NCBI GenBank assembly: GCA_038213805.1 | Contig: JBBQSO010000080.1 | Location: 1 to 25,233, forward strand | Direction of reading: 5' to 3' | DNA length: 25,233 nucleotides | Source of the DNA: Planctomycetota bacterium | GTDB taxonomy: Bacteria; Planctomycetota; UBA11346 | Shown here: positions 7,736 to 17,376 of the stretch, piece by piece | How positions within the stretch are numbered: the stretch's first letter is position 1 | Layout of the letters: each line of letters opens with the position of its first letter | The notes under the pieces: model-generated | What the model was told of the DNA's origin: nothing | Databases searched by the model: none | The model's input: only the letters and a program-made list of their open reading frames with translations | Position numbers and translations under genes: made by a program

Positions 7736-8575
7736 TCACGCCTTCCAGAACTCCTCGCACAGGTACGTACCCACACCGAGCGCGTGCGCCGCCTCCTTGA
7801 GGTCTTCGATCATGCCGGGGTTGCCGCAGGTCATGAAGGCGCTCTCAGCGGGCACCACCAATGCGCGCAGTGCTGCGGCGTCGACGCCCTCGGGCATGGC
7901 GACGCTGCGGCCCTCGGGGATGGGCAGGCCGAAGACGTGGCGCACGACTTCGTTGACCCGTCCCTTGGCGGTGGCGTGGGTGAAGCCGCGCGCGGGATCG
8001 GGGCGCGATGAGGTGCAGATGTAGCTGAAGTCGAAACCGTCCTTGCGCGCCGCGGCCAGCGCTTCGAGCTCCTGCCGGTAGCCGAACTCGTCGGCGTAGG
8101 CCGCGCCGTGGAAGAGGATGATGCGGTAGTCGGAGTGGATGCCCGCCTGGTGCAGCTTCCACAGGCTGCGCAGGTGGCCGACGAAAGGCGCCAGGCCGGT
8201 GCCGGTTGCAACCATCACGATGGTCCGGCGGCCGGCGTGCTTGAGCGTGAACTTGCCCTTCGGACTGAGGAAGTGGAACTTCGCGCCGACCTCCTGTGCG
8301 AAGATCGTCGGCGTCAGCTGGCCATTCTCGACCAGGGCGATGTAGAACTCGATGACGCCCTCGTCGAGCGGGCTGCCCGCTATGGAATAGGCACGCGGCA
8401 CGAAGCCGTGTCCCGGCGTGTCGAGGGCGAGCGTGGTGTACTGCCCTGCCTGGTACCACCAGCGCGTGCCGCTGTCGGGCTTCAGCTTGAACACCCCCAG
8501 CCGTCCGCCGGCGAAGACCTGCTTTTCCACCAGCGTCGCGAGCTGCATCTTCTTCTTGAGCACATCGTTCGACAT
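7736..8575 (-). CDS. fpr: Ferredoxin/flavodoxin--NADP+ reductase
   Basis: 'AGQYTTL', 'RAYSIA', 'GQLTP', 'ATGTGLAPF', 'CGNPGMI', C-terminal 'EEFW'. Start placed at ATG 8575 (GGAG upstream) instead of 8659. Confidence 0.9.
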   Translation of the reverse strand: MSNDVLKKKMQLATLVEKQVFAGGRLGVFKLKPDSGTRWWYQAGQYTTLALDTPGHGFVPRAYSIAGSPLDEGVIEFYIALVENGQLTPTIFAQEVGAKFHFLSPKGKFTLKHAGRRTIVMVATGTGLAPFVGHLRSLWKLHQAGIHSDYRIILFHGAAYADEFGYRQELEALAAARKDGFDFSYICTSSRPDPARGFTHATAKGRVNEVVRHVFGLPIPEGRSVAMPEGVDAAALRALVVPAESAFMTCGNPGMIEDLKEAAHALGVGTYLCEEFWKA

Positions 8576-8689
8576 CGTCATCGCTCCCTGCGCCGCGGCG
8601 CGGGGCGGATCATGGCGTTGGTGGCCGCGACGCCAATGCATCCGGACGCGCCGTCCCATGCGCGGCGGCTATGCCACTGGGCACGCTCG

Positions 8690-8850
8690 CTCCGCCCACG
8701 AAGCGTCGAAAGTGCCCTGTTCTGCTTCAACGATACGGCCGCGCCATCGCCCGCGTGCAGTTCATCCGGCCCGCAGATCTGCGCTGGAAATGAGTTACTC
8801 CCACTTCAATTAACTTCGGCACCGGCTTCCAGGCGTTGCTGAAAGGGTGG
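8690..8850 (-). pseudogene. Possible remnant of a pirin-family (YhhW-like) C-terminal cupin domain
   Basis: One minus frame reads 'QRLEAGAEVN*SGSNSFPAQICGPDELHAGDGAAVS'; L-x-x-GDGAA (8731-8763) resembles the pirin C-terminus; in-frame stop at 8806-8808. Confidence 0.3.
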
Positions 8851-8871
8851 CTCTGCCCTACCAACACCCAT

Positions 8872-10314
<1,443 letters not shown>

Positions 10315-10357
10315 GGGGACAGGATGCGGACGAGGGCACGATTGGGAAGATGCAATA

Positions 10358-10367
10358 AGAGCGCTCT
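10358..10367. promoter_or_regulatory. Palindromic operator candidate (LacI-family-like) upstream of zwf
   Basis: Perfect palindrome AGAGCGCTCT about 45 nt upstream of the zwf start. Confidence 0.3.
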
Positions 10368-10408
10368 CGGAATGACTCCTTCCTTCCCAGTATCTTCACC
10401 GAGTCCGC

Positions 10409-10447
10409 AAACGCAGCGACCCACGGCCTGCGGCCGTGGGTCGTGCG
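10409..10447 (-). terminator. Likely intrinsic terminator of the cold-shock gene
   Basis: Perfect 12-bp stem CGACCCACGGCC/GGCCGTGGGTCG (10417-10443), extended by CGCA/TGCG, followed by TTT on the minus strand. Confidence 0.55.
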
Positions 10448-10485
10448 CTGGCCGCGGCGCGGGGCCGCGGCCGGATGCGGAAACC

Positions 10486-10974
10486 TCAGGCGTTGGCGCC
10501 GAGCTGGACACCTTCCAGGCCGTCGATCTCGCCCGGGGCGAGGACGCCCTTCTCGACCAGCAGGCTGATCAGGCGCTCCTGCTTGCGACGCAGCTTGTCG
10601 ACCGCGGCGGTGTCGCCGGCGGGGGCATCGTCGAAGCGGCGCGGCGCGTGGTCGCGGGGCGGGCGCGGGTCGCGCTGGCGCGGCGGGTAGCCGCCATCGC
10701 GGCTGTCGCGCTGGTCGCGGTCGTCCGGGCCAAAGTCGCCTTCGCCCTCGGGGCGCGGGGCGCGGGGCTCGACCAGGCCGACGGAAACCGCCTTCATGCC
10801 CTTCTCGCCGACCTCAAGCTCGTAGTTCACCTTCTCGCCGACCTGCAGGAAGCGGAAGCCTTCCATGTTGATGTTGTTCTGGTGGACGAAGACGTCCTCG
10901 CCGCCGTCGTCGGGTGCGACGAAACCGTAACCGCGACGCCGATCGAAACGGACAACTGTACCTGTCGTAGCCAC
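10486..10974 (-). CDS. Cold-shock domain protein with long C-terminal extension
   Basis: 'GTVVRFDRRRGYGFV', 'DVFVHQNNI', 'GFRFLQVGEKVNYE' (RNP1/RNP2); GAGGT RBS before the GTG start; D/R/P-rich tail and a terminal helix. Confidence 0.9.
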   Translation of the reverse strand: MATTGTVVRFDRRRGYGFVAPDDGGEDVFVHQNNINMEGFRFLQVGEKVNYELEVGEKGMKAVSVGLVEPRAPRPEGEGDFGPDDRDQRDSRDGGYPPRQRDPRPPRDHAPRRFDDAPAGDTAAVDKLRRKQERLISLLVEKGVLAPGEIDGLEGVQLGANA

Positions 10975-11007
10975 TGCTGTTACCTCATGGGGATGTGGTG
11001 GTGCTGG

Positions 11008-11029
11008 AAAAACGCCGGGAAACCGGCAT
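11008..11029 (-). promoter_or_regulatory. Terminator-like hairpin in the cold-shock gene leader (possible attenuator)
   Basis: Minus strand ATGCCGG-TTTC-CCGGCG followed by TTTTT, ending about 34 nt upstream of the start codon. Confidence 0.4.
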
Positions 11030-11152
11030 GGGGGAATTCGTTGCTGGACTGGAGCATTGCGGCGCAGGCCGCCTGATCGTCGCGGTGAGCGGGTCTGACC
11101 AGCGTTGCTGTCGCTTGTCGTGCATCTACTGGCATTATCGCTGCTGCGCCGA

Positions 11153-11239
11153 GGGCTTCATTTTCCGCTTGTCCTATCCATTGCGCACACTGGTCGTCGG
11201 TCTGCCGGTCAGCGTCATAGGGACGGGATGCCGGAGCCT
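11153..11239 (+). ncRNA. Candidate structured RNA (long irregular hairpin)
   Basis: Nested helices 11153-58/11234-39, 11168-77/11217-27, 11183-86/11212-15 and 11189-94/11204-09 with 7 G-U pairs on the + strand; folded by eye only. Confidence 0.25.
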
Positions 11240-11409
11240 GAACGAAACACTGCGAGTCCACGCGATTCTGTCGGGCAAGGGCCCGAGGCAAGGATTTCTG
11301 CGCCCAACCGGCACGGCGCGCCACGGCCGCCTGGGTGTCGGGGGACGCCTGCTTGCCGCGGCCCGGTCCGGTCGTAAGCGGTAGGCGCGTCCAACGCGCA
11401 GGAGCGCCC

Positions 11410-11871
11410 ATGCCCGAACCCCTGCTCAAGCGCGAAGGCAACCTCCGCTTCGTCGGCCTCGCCAGCCCCGGCTGGCCGGCCGATCCGCAGGCGCTGGTGG
11501 CCGAGGTCCTGCGCCGCCTCGATGGACTCGAGGCGACCCCCTACGGCCCGGCGACCCTGCTCTTCAGCCAGAGTCCGGCAGACGGTGCGCCGGAGACCTG
11601 GGAATGCCAGGTCGGCACCGCCATCACCGGCCTGCCACCCGCAGTGCCCGGTGCCCAGGTCGAGGATTACCGTGGCCTCTACGCCCTCTCGCTGCCACAC
11701 GCCGGCAGCGTGCGCGATCTGCCCGCCACACTGCGCCGCCTGACCGAGCACGCGCGCGGCCTCGGCTACCGGGTGCGGCCTTACTGGCGCGTCGCGCTGC
11801 GCCGGCGGCGGCTGGCCGATGGCAACCTGCTGCCGGTTGCGGATGCCGCCGTCTTCCTGGACCGTCAGTGA
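11410..11871 (+). CDS. GyrI-like small-molecule-binding domain protein
   Basis: AGGAG RBS before ATG 11410; 'WECQVGTAI...ALSLPHAGSVRDLPATLRRLTEHARGLGY' fits the GyrI-like pattern. Confidence 0.65.
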   Translation: MPEPLLKREGNLRFVGLASPGWPADPQALVAEVLRRLDGLEATPYGPATLLFSQSPADGAPETWECQVGTAITGLPPAVPGAQVEDYRGLYALSLPHAGSVRDLPATLRRLTEHARGLGYRVRPYWRVALRRRRLADGNLLPVADAAVFLDRQ

Positions 11872-11962
11872 GGCGCAGCAGTCCGGTATCGGGTACACTT
11901 TCAGCCATGTGGCTACATGCAGTCCCACCCCCGTGCCGGCCCGCGCCCCGCGGACTCCGTCC

Positions 11963-12745
11963 GTGAACGCCCCCGATCAGGTGACGGATCGCGCCGGCAT
12001 GCCTACCCGCCTGGACATGCCCATGGACGAGTTGCATGGCCAGGAGGTGAGTCCCACCGAGGAGTTCCGGCGCAAGCACTCGACGGTCAGCCTGATCGCC
12101 ATGCCCGCGCACCGCGCGCCGCGCGTCGATCCCAGCCAGCGACTGCTGCTGTTCGCCGCGATCGGCCTGCTCACCTGCGCGCTGATCTGGGTCGCCTCGC
12201 GACCCCATCCTCCCGAGGGCGGGCCGCTGGATTGGAGCGCGATCGCCCCGCCCGAAACCACCGCCCTGCACCCGTGGCGCTGGCTGGTCATCCACCATAG
12301 CGCCAGCCGCGCCGGCGACGCGCGCACCTTCGATGGCGAACACCTCGGCCGCGGCTGGGACGGCATCGGCTACCACTTCGTCATCGGCAACGGCAGCCCA
12401 CTGCCCCTCGGCTACGTCGAGGCCACCTACCGCTGGCGGTTGCAGAGCCATGGCGCCCACGCCGGCCCTGGCCCCGAGCAGGCGCCCTACAACCAGGACG
12501 GGCTCGGCATCTGCCTGGTCGGCAACTTCGCCGACGCACCGCTCGACCCCTTTCAGGAGCGCCGCCTGGTCGACCTGTGCGTGCAGCTCATCCACCACGT
12601 CCCGACGCTGTCGGTGAACCACATCATCGGCCACCGCGACGTGCCCGGGAAGGCCACCGCCTGCCCCGGCCGCAATGTCGACCTCGAACGCATCCGCTTC
12701 CTGGTGCGCGAAGAGCTGATCCGCCGCGGCATGACGGTGCGCTGA
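11963..12745 (+). CDS. Membrane-anchored N-acetylmuramoyl-L-alanine amidase (Amidase_2/PGRP-like)
   Basis: 'LVIHHSA', 'GWDGIGYHFVIGNG', 'GAHAG', 'GICLVGNF', 'IIGHRDV...TACPG'; one TM helix. Start uncertain (GTG 11963 or a later ATG). Confidence 0.88.
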   Translation: MNAPDQVTDRAGMPTRLDMPMDELHGQEVSPTEEFRRKHSTVSLIAMPAHRAPRVDPSQRLLLFAAIGLLTCALIWVASRPHPPEGGPLDWSAIAPPETTALHPWRWLVIHHSASRAGDARTFDGEHLGRGWDGIGYHFVIGNGSPLPLGYVEATYRWRLQSHGAHAGPGPEQAPYNQDGLGICLVGNFADAPLDPFQERRLVDLCVQLIHHVPTLSVNHIIGHRDVPGKATACPGRNVDLERIRFLVREELIRRGMTVR

Positions 12746-12888
12746 CGCGCCACGCGAGACGCTGCCGGGTTCGCGGGCGGCAGGCCATATCTCCATCCAT
12801 GCCGCCCGTGGCTTCCGCCATGGCGTACCCCGAGACGATGCGGTCCGCTGCTGTGCAGCAGTCCCTACCCGGCTGAGGAGTCCGACGC

Positions 12889-14133
12889 ATGCGCATCCCT
12901 GCGACCACTCCCCTGCTCCATGGTGCGCGCTGCGCCGTGATCATCCTCACCATGATGCGCGCCGATGCCGCCACCGCGGCCACGCCGCTGGGAATCACGC
13001 TGGAAGCACGCTTCCTCGCGACGCCGCAGGTCACCGACGCCACCGGTTTCGCGGCCGAGGGCTGCCGGGCGCTGTTCCTGCCAGGCGAGCCGACGCATGG
13101 CGCGCCCACCCGGGTCTTCGCCTGGTACGGCGCGCCGCGGGTCGCGCCGGGGGTCAAAGTTCCGGCGGTGGTGCTGCTGCACGGCGGCGGCGGCACCGCG
13201 TTCGACGCCTGGGTCCGGCTGTGGGTCGGACGCGGCTATGCCGCCATCGCCATCGACCACTGCGGCCAGGTGCCGATCCGCGAGCAGGACCACTGGCAGC
13301 GTGACCCGCAGGGTGGCCCGCCGGGTGACTGGGTCGCGCCGCCCGACGGTCCGGCCAACGAGGCATGGCAATACCACGCACTCGCCGGGGCGCTACGCGC
13401 GCACGCGCTGCTGCGCTCCTTCGCGGAGGTCGATGCCACGCGCATCGGCGTCATCGGCATCTCCTGGGGTGGCTACCTGACCTGCCTGGTGGCCGGCCTC
13501 GACCAGCGCTTCCGCTTCGCGGTGCCGGTCTACGGCTGCGGCTTCCTGGCTGACGATTCGGTATGGCTCCCCGATTTCGCGCGCCTCGGTGCGGAGCGCA
13601 GCGCGACCTGGACCGCGCGCTGGGACCCGTCCCGCTACCTGGCCGCCGCGACCATGCCGATGCTGTGGGTGACCGGCACCAACGACCCCGCCTTCCCCAT
13701 GGATTCGCTGCGCCGCTCCTACCGCCTGCCCACGGGGCCGCGTACCATCTGTCTGCGCCTGCGCATGCCCCACGGGCACGGCGGAGCAGGCGAGAACCCC
13801 GAGGAGATCCACGCCTTCGCTGATGCCATGGTCAAACAAGGCGTCCCGCTCGTGCGCCTGACCGGACATCCGACCGCACACGGCATGGCGAGCGCCGACT
13901 ACACCGCCGGGGTGGCCCTCACCCACGCCGAGCTGTGCGTGACGAATGACGCCGGTGCGTGGAAGGAACGCGCCTGGACGACCTTGCCTGCGACCATCGA
14001 TGCACAGTCGAGGACCATCTCCGCATCCGTCCCCGAGCAGGCCTCCACCTGGTACCTGAACGTCACCGACGCACGCGGACTGGTGACGAGTACTGAGCAT
14101 GAGGTGCGCTCCCCGGATGGAGGCGGTCGGTAG
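12889..14133 (+). CDS. Alpha/beta hydrolase (acetylxylan esterase-like)
   Basis: GAGGAG RBS; 'PAVVLLHGGGG', 'GYAAIAID', nucleophile 'GISWGG', 'VYGCG', 'GTND', 'HGH'. Confidence 0.85.
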   Translation: MRIPATTPLLHGARCAVIILTMMRADAATAATPLGITLEARFLATPQVTDATGFAAEGCRALFLPGEPTHGAPTRVFAWYGAPRVAPGVKVPAVVLLHGGGGTAFDAWVRLWVGRGYAAIAIDHCGQVPIREQDHWQRDPQGGPPGDWVAPPDGPANEAWQYHALAGALRAHALLRSFAEVDATRIGVIGISWGGYLTCLVAGLDQRFRFAVPVYGCGFLADDSVWLPDFARLGAERSATWTARWDPSRYLAAATMPMLWVTGTNDPAFPMDSLRRSYRLPTGPRTICLRLRMPHGHGGAGENPEEIHAFADAMVKQGVPLVRLTGHPTAHGMASADYTAGVALTHAELCVTNDAGAWKERAWTTLPATIDAQSRTISASVPEQASTWYLNVTDARGLVTSTEHEVRSPDGGGR

Positions 14134-14281
14134 GCACCGTCAAAGAGTCGCTCTGGCTCCGTCCGCGACCCACGCGATCTGGCTATTGCGTCGCGCATCC
14201 CTGGTGCTGGGCCAAGCGGCTTGGGTCCGAGATCCGCTTCTCCGCTCCTGGCGCTCGCCCCGATTCCGCCGACCGTACGCC

Positions 14282-15076
14282 ATGCCCTACGCGGATGAGC
14301 TCCTTGCCGTGATCGCCGCGCCCACCAGCGCTGCCAAGGCGGCGCTGCTGGCGGACATGGGCGCTCCGCAGGGGACGTGGGTGGTCCCGGAGCCGCCAGC
14401 GCGGCCGGGACGGCCGGCGCACTACCGTGAGGCCGAGGAGACGCGGCGGCGACGGCGCACCCTGGCGCATGCGCCGACCCGGCTGCGCTTCCTGCAGGCC
14501 ATCCACCACATCGAGCTGAGCGCGGTCGATCTGGCGGTGCTCGCCTGCCTGCGCGCACCGGACATGCCGGCCGCTTTCCATAGCGAATTCCTGGGCATCG
14601 CCCGGGATGAGGCGCGCCACGCCGGGCTGCTCGAAAAGGTGCTCGCCGCGCGCGGCGCGGCGCTTGGCGACGCGCCCATCCATCACCGCCTGTGGGCGAC
14701 CGCGCTGGCCTGCAACGACCTCGGCGACCACCTGGTCGCCGTGCCGCGCTTCCTTGAGGCGCGCGGTCTGGACGTCTCAGCCGAGCTGCTGCCGCGGCTG
14801 GTGGACCTGGACCCGGAAGCCCACGCGGTGCTGTCCGTCATCTACCAGGACGAGATCGGCCATGTGGGCATCGGCACCCGCTGGCACCGCGCCTGGTGCC
14901 AGGCTCAAAGCCAGGACCCGGAAGCCCATTTCGCCGCGGTGCTCACCCGGCTCTTCCCCGGCCAGGTGCCGGGGCCGACGCCCCTGGACCATGCCGGTAG
15001 GCTCGCCGCCGGGTTCACCGCGAGTGAAGTTGCGCTGCTGGAGGGGTTTCGAGAGGGCAGGGACGCCCAGGGTTGA
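14282..15076 (+). CDS. DUF455 ferritin-like di-iron domain protein
   Basis: 'AIHHIELSAVDLA', 'DEARH', 'LEARGLD', 'DEIGHVGIGTRW'. Start moved to ATG 14282. Confidence 0.85.
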   Translation: MPYADELLAVIAAPTSAAKAALLADMGAPQGTWVVPEPPARPGRPAHYREAEETRRRRRTLAHAPTRLRFLQAIHHIELSAVDLAVLACLRAPDMPAAFHSEFLGIARDEARHAGLLEKVLAARGAALGDAPIHHRLWATALACNDLGDHLVAVPRFLEARGLDVSAELLPRLVDLDPEAHAVLSVIYQDEIGHVGIGTRWHRAWCQAQSQDPEAHFAAVLTRLFPGQVPGPTPLDHAGRLAAGFTASEVALLEGFREGRDAQG

Positions 15077-15312
15077 GGAGCCTGAAGCCCGTGATTCGCG
15101 GGAAATGGGCCACCAGAGCGGCGTCCCCCGGCAGACAGGGCATCCATCCACCGCCAACGATGCGTTAGCTGCCAGCCGTCAGCCTCCCCAGGTGTATGAG
15201 CCGCGACCCGGACACCCCCCTCCGCCTCCTTGCCGCCTGATGCGACCTGACCTAGGTTGGACTTCCCGCGGGGCTCCTGCCCCCAATCCGCACGCCCGAA
15301 ACTGGAGTTCGC

Positions 15313-16353
15313 ATGGCTGACATGATCGACGCGAAGGAAGCCAAGGCCCTGTTGGGCTGCGACGACGCCGCGCTCAACAACCATATCAACGGCGGAGCGA
15401 TCCGCGCCCAGCGCGTGGGCGGCAAGCTGCAGCTCAACCGCGATGATGTCGAGAAATTGGCGCGCGCTGAAGGCGACGAGGGCACCATCGTCCTGACCGG
15501 CGACAGCGACGAGCTCTCCATCGATCTCGGCAAGGTCGTGGACGACGCCAGCGAGACCATCGTCCAGCCGCGCAAAGACACCAACGCCTCCGAGTCCATC
15601 ACCTTCGGCGACGAGCTCGAAGTGGTGAGCTTCGACGATCCGCACGCGCGGGACGTGGCCAAGGCCTCGCCCGGCGTGGCCAGCCTGAATTTCACCGACT
15701 CCAACACTGCGGTCATGACCGCGGTCGAAGAGACCCAGGTCGGCGCCACCACCGCGCCCATCGACTTCCAGACCTCGCAGATCGACGCGGGCAGCAGCAA
15801 CAGCAACGTCGGCAGCTCATCGCGCCGCAGCGTGCGCAGCAGCCGCGCCAAGGCCGAGATCCCCACGGTGCACTGGATCTGGCCGACCCTGATGACCCTG
15901 ACCCTGATCGTCGGGCTGGCCCTGGTCCTGCCTTACTACTTCCTGGCCATGAGCCCCTATGGCGTCGGTGAGAAGGACGCGGCCGGCGGCACCCGCCGCG
16001 GCCTGGACGACAACGCCTGGACCAACATGGCCTCGACCCTCGCCGGCTTCACCGTCGAGCCCAACGAGAAGCGCTTCAAGGAGCGCCACCCCGACGGCGG
16101 CGAGTACATCGACATCCGCAAGGAGCGGGACACCCAGGCCGACTGGCGCTTCACCAAGTACCAGAACGGCATGGCCGGCAAAGGTGAGCGCCTGAAGAGC
16201 TTCGTCATCACCGAGGTCGTGCCCGGTGGCAAGCAGGTCAAGGCCGGCGCCACCACCTACCCGGTGGTCGAGGGCGAGAAGTACCAGGTCGGCACCGAGA
16301 CCTTCACCGAGCAGAAGGTCGACCTCGGGTGGAAGGACAGCGGCAGCAAGTAA
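15313..16353 (+). CDS. Excisionase/MerR-like HTH protein with acidic linker, TM helix and C-terminal extracytoplasmic domain
   Basis: GGAG RBS; 'IDAKEAKALLG....LNNHINGGAIRAQRVGGKLQLNRDDVEKL' HTH; D/E/S/T-rich linker; TM 'WIWPTLMTLTLIVGLALVLPYYFL'; strong GC3 bias. Confidence 0.8.
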   Translation: MADMIDAKEAKALLGCDDAALNNHINGGAIRAQRVGGKLQLNRDDVEKLARAEGDEGTIVLTGDSDELSIDLGKVVDDASETIVQPRKDTNASESITFGDELEVVSFDDPHARDVAKASPGVASLNFTDSNTAVMTAVEETQVGATTAPIDFQTSQIDAGSSNSNVGSSSRRSVRSSRAKAEIPTVHWIWPTLMTLTLIVGLALVLPYYFLAMSPYGVGEKDAAGGTRRGLDDNAWTNMASTLAGFTVEPNEKRFKERHPDGGEYIDIRKERDTQADWRFTKYQNGMAGKGERLKSFVITEVVPGGKQVKAGATTYPVVEGEKYQVGTETFTEQKVDLGWKDSGSK

Positions 16354-16509
16354 GCGCCGCTGAGTTCCTGGAGTCGGGCCGGAGAGCTGCGTCAGCGCGC
16401 TCCTGGCCCACTTGCCCCCGGCCCGGTGACACCTATGGTCGCCATCCTTCCTCGCGCGGCGAGCCGGCATGGCGCCGGACTGGCCCACCCCTACCTCCGG
16501 AGTCCATCC

Positions 16510-17172
16510 ATGCGCGTCGCCCGCAGCGTCCTGCTCATCCCCCTTATTGCCGCGTTCGCGGTCACCGGCTGCCATACCCGTACCGGCAGCGGCGGTAGCA
16601 ACGTCGAACAAGAGGAGGCCGGCAACGAGCGCGATCGCCTGGCCGCCGACAACGCCCGCCTGAGTTCTGATAACGCCTCCTTGCGGAGCCAGCTCGCCAA
16701 TGCGCAGGCCCAGCTCGCCAAGCCGGCTCCCGACACGGTCGGCGCCCAGCTCGGGAAGATGATCGGCGGACCCGAAATCGAGGGCACCACGTCGAACGGC
16801 CGTGGCGGCCTGGCGTTGGACGAAGACTTCGCCTTCGCCAAGGGCTCGTCCGACCTCAGCCCCGAGGGCAAGAAGACCATCGAGAAGATCGCCGCGCGCC
16901 TCAACGAAGGCGAGTACAAGGGCGCCAAGGTCATCGTCGAAGGCCACACCGACGACACCCCGGTCAGTCGCGCCTCGACCAAGGAGAAGTACACCGACAA
17001 CTGGGGCCTGTCCGGCGCCCGCGCCGCCGCGGTCGCGCGCGCCCTGCAGGTCGCCGGCCTCGATGCGCACCGCATCCATGGCGCCTTCCGCGGCGAATAC
17101 GCACCGCGCCCCGGCGCGAACGACAAGGCCAAGAACCGCCGCGTCGAGATCTTCCTCGGCAGCGGCGACTGA
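16510..17172 (+). CDS. OmpA/MotB-family peptidoglycan-binding lipoprotein
   Basis: GGAG RBS; lipobox 'AVTGC'; coiled coil; 'VEGHTD', 'NWGLSGARAAAV', 'KNRRVEI'. Confidence 0.88.
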   Translation: MRVARSVLLIPLIAAFAVTGCHTRTGSGGSNVEQEEAGNERDRLAADNARLSSDNASLRSQLANAQAQLAKPAPDTVGAQLGKMIGGPEIEGTTSNGRGGLALDEDFAFAKGSSDLSPEGKKTIEKIAARLNEGEYKGAKVIVEGHTDDTPVSRASTKEKYTDNWGLSGARAAAVARALQVAGLDAHRIHGAFRGEYAPRPGANDKAKNRRVEIFLGSGD

Positions 17173-17205
17173 CGCCACGCGATCCTGGGGCCGCCCCCGG
17201 TCGCC

Positions 17206-17241
17206 CGCAGCACCCTCCGCCACGCGGAGGGTGCTGCGTTT
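17206..17241 (+). terminator. Likely intrinsic terminator
   Basis: Perfect 15-bp stem CGCAGCACCCTCCGC-CAC-GCGGAGGGTGCTGCG followed by TTT. Confidence 0.65.
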
Positions 17242-17376
17242 AACCCCATTCCCGCAGTCCCGTGTTTCGCGCTGAGAAACTCGCGACTCGCAACCGCGCC
17301 GCGTACCTCGTATCTGGGCCTAGCCCCCTCACGGTTCCCGCTTCTCCCCATGCGACCCCCACTAAGCTCCCCCGCC

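Noticed and set aside
8740..8870. Riboswitch-like fragments (GGAAGCCGGTG, GCCGAAG) upstream of fpr
   Set aside because: The other conserved elements of cobalamin, glycine or lysine riboswitches are missing.
10980..11441. ORFs spanning the csp/GyrI-like intergenic region
   Set aside because: No protein-like motifs or codon bias; better explained as regulatory sequence.
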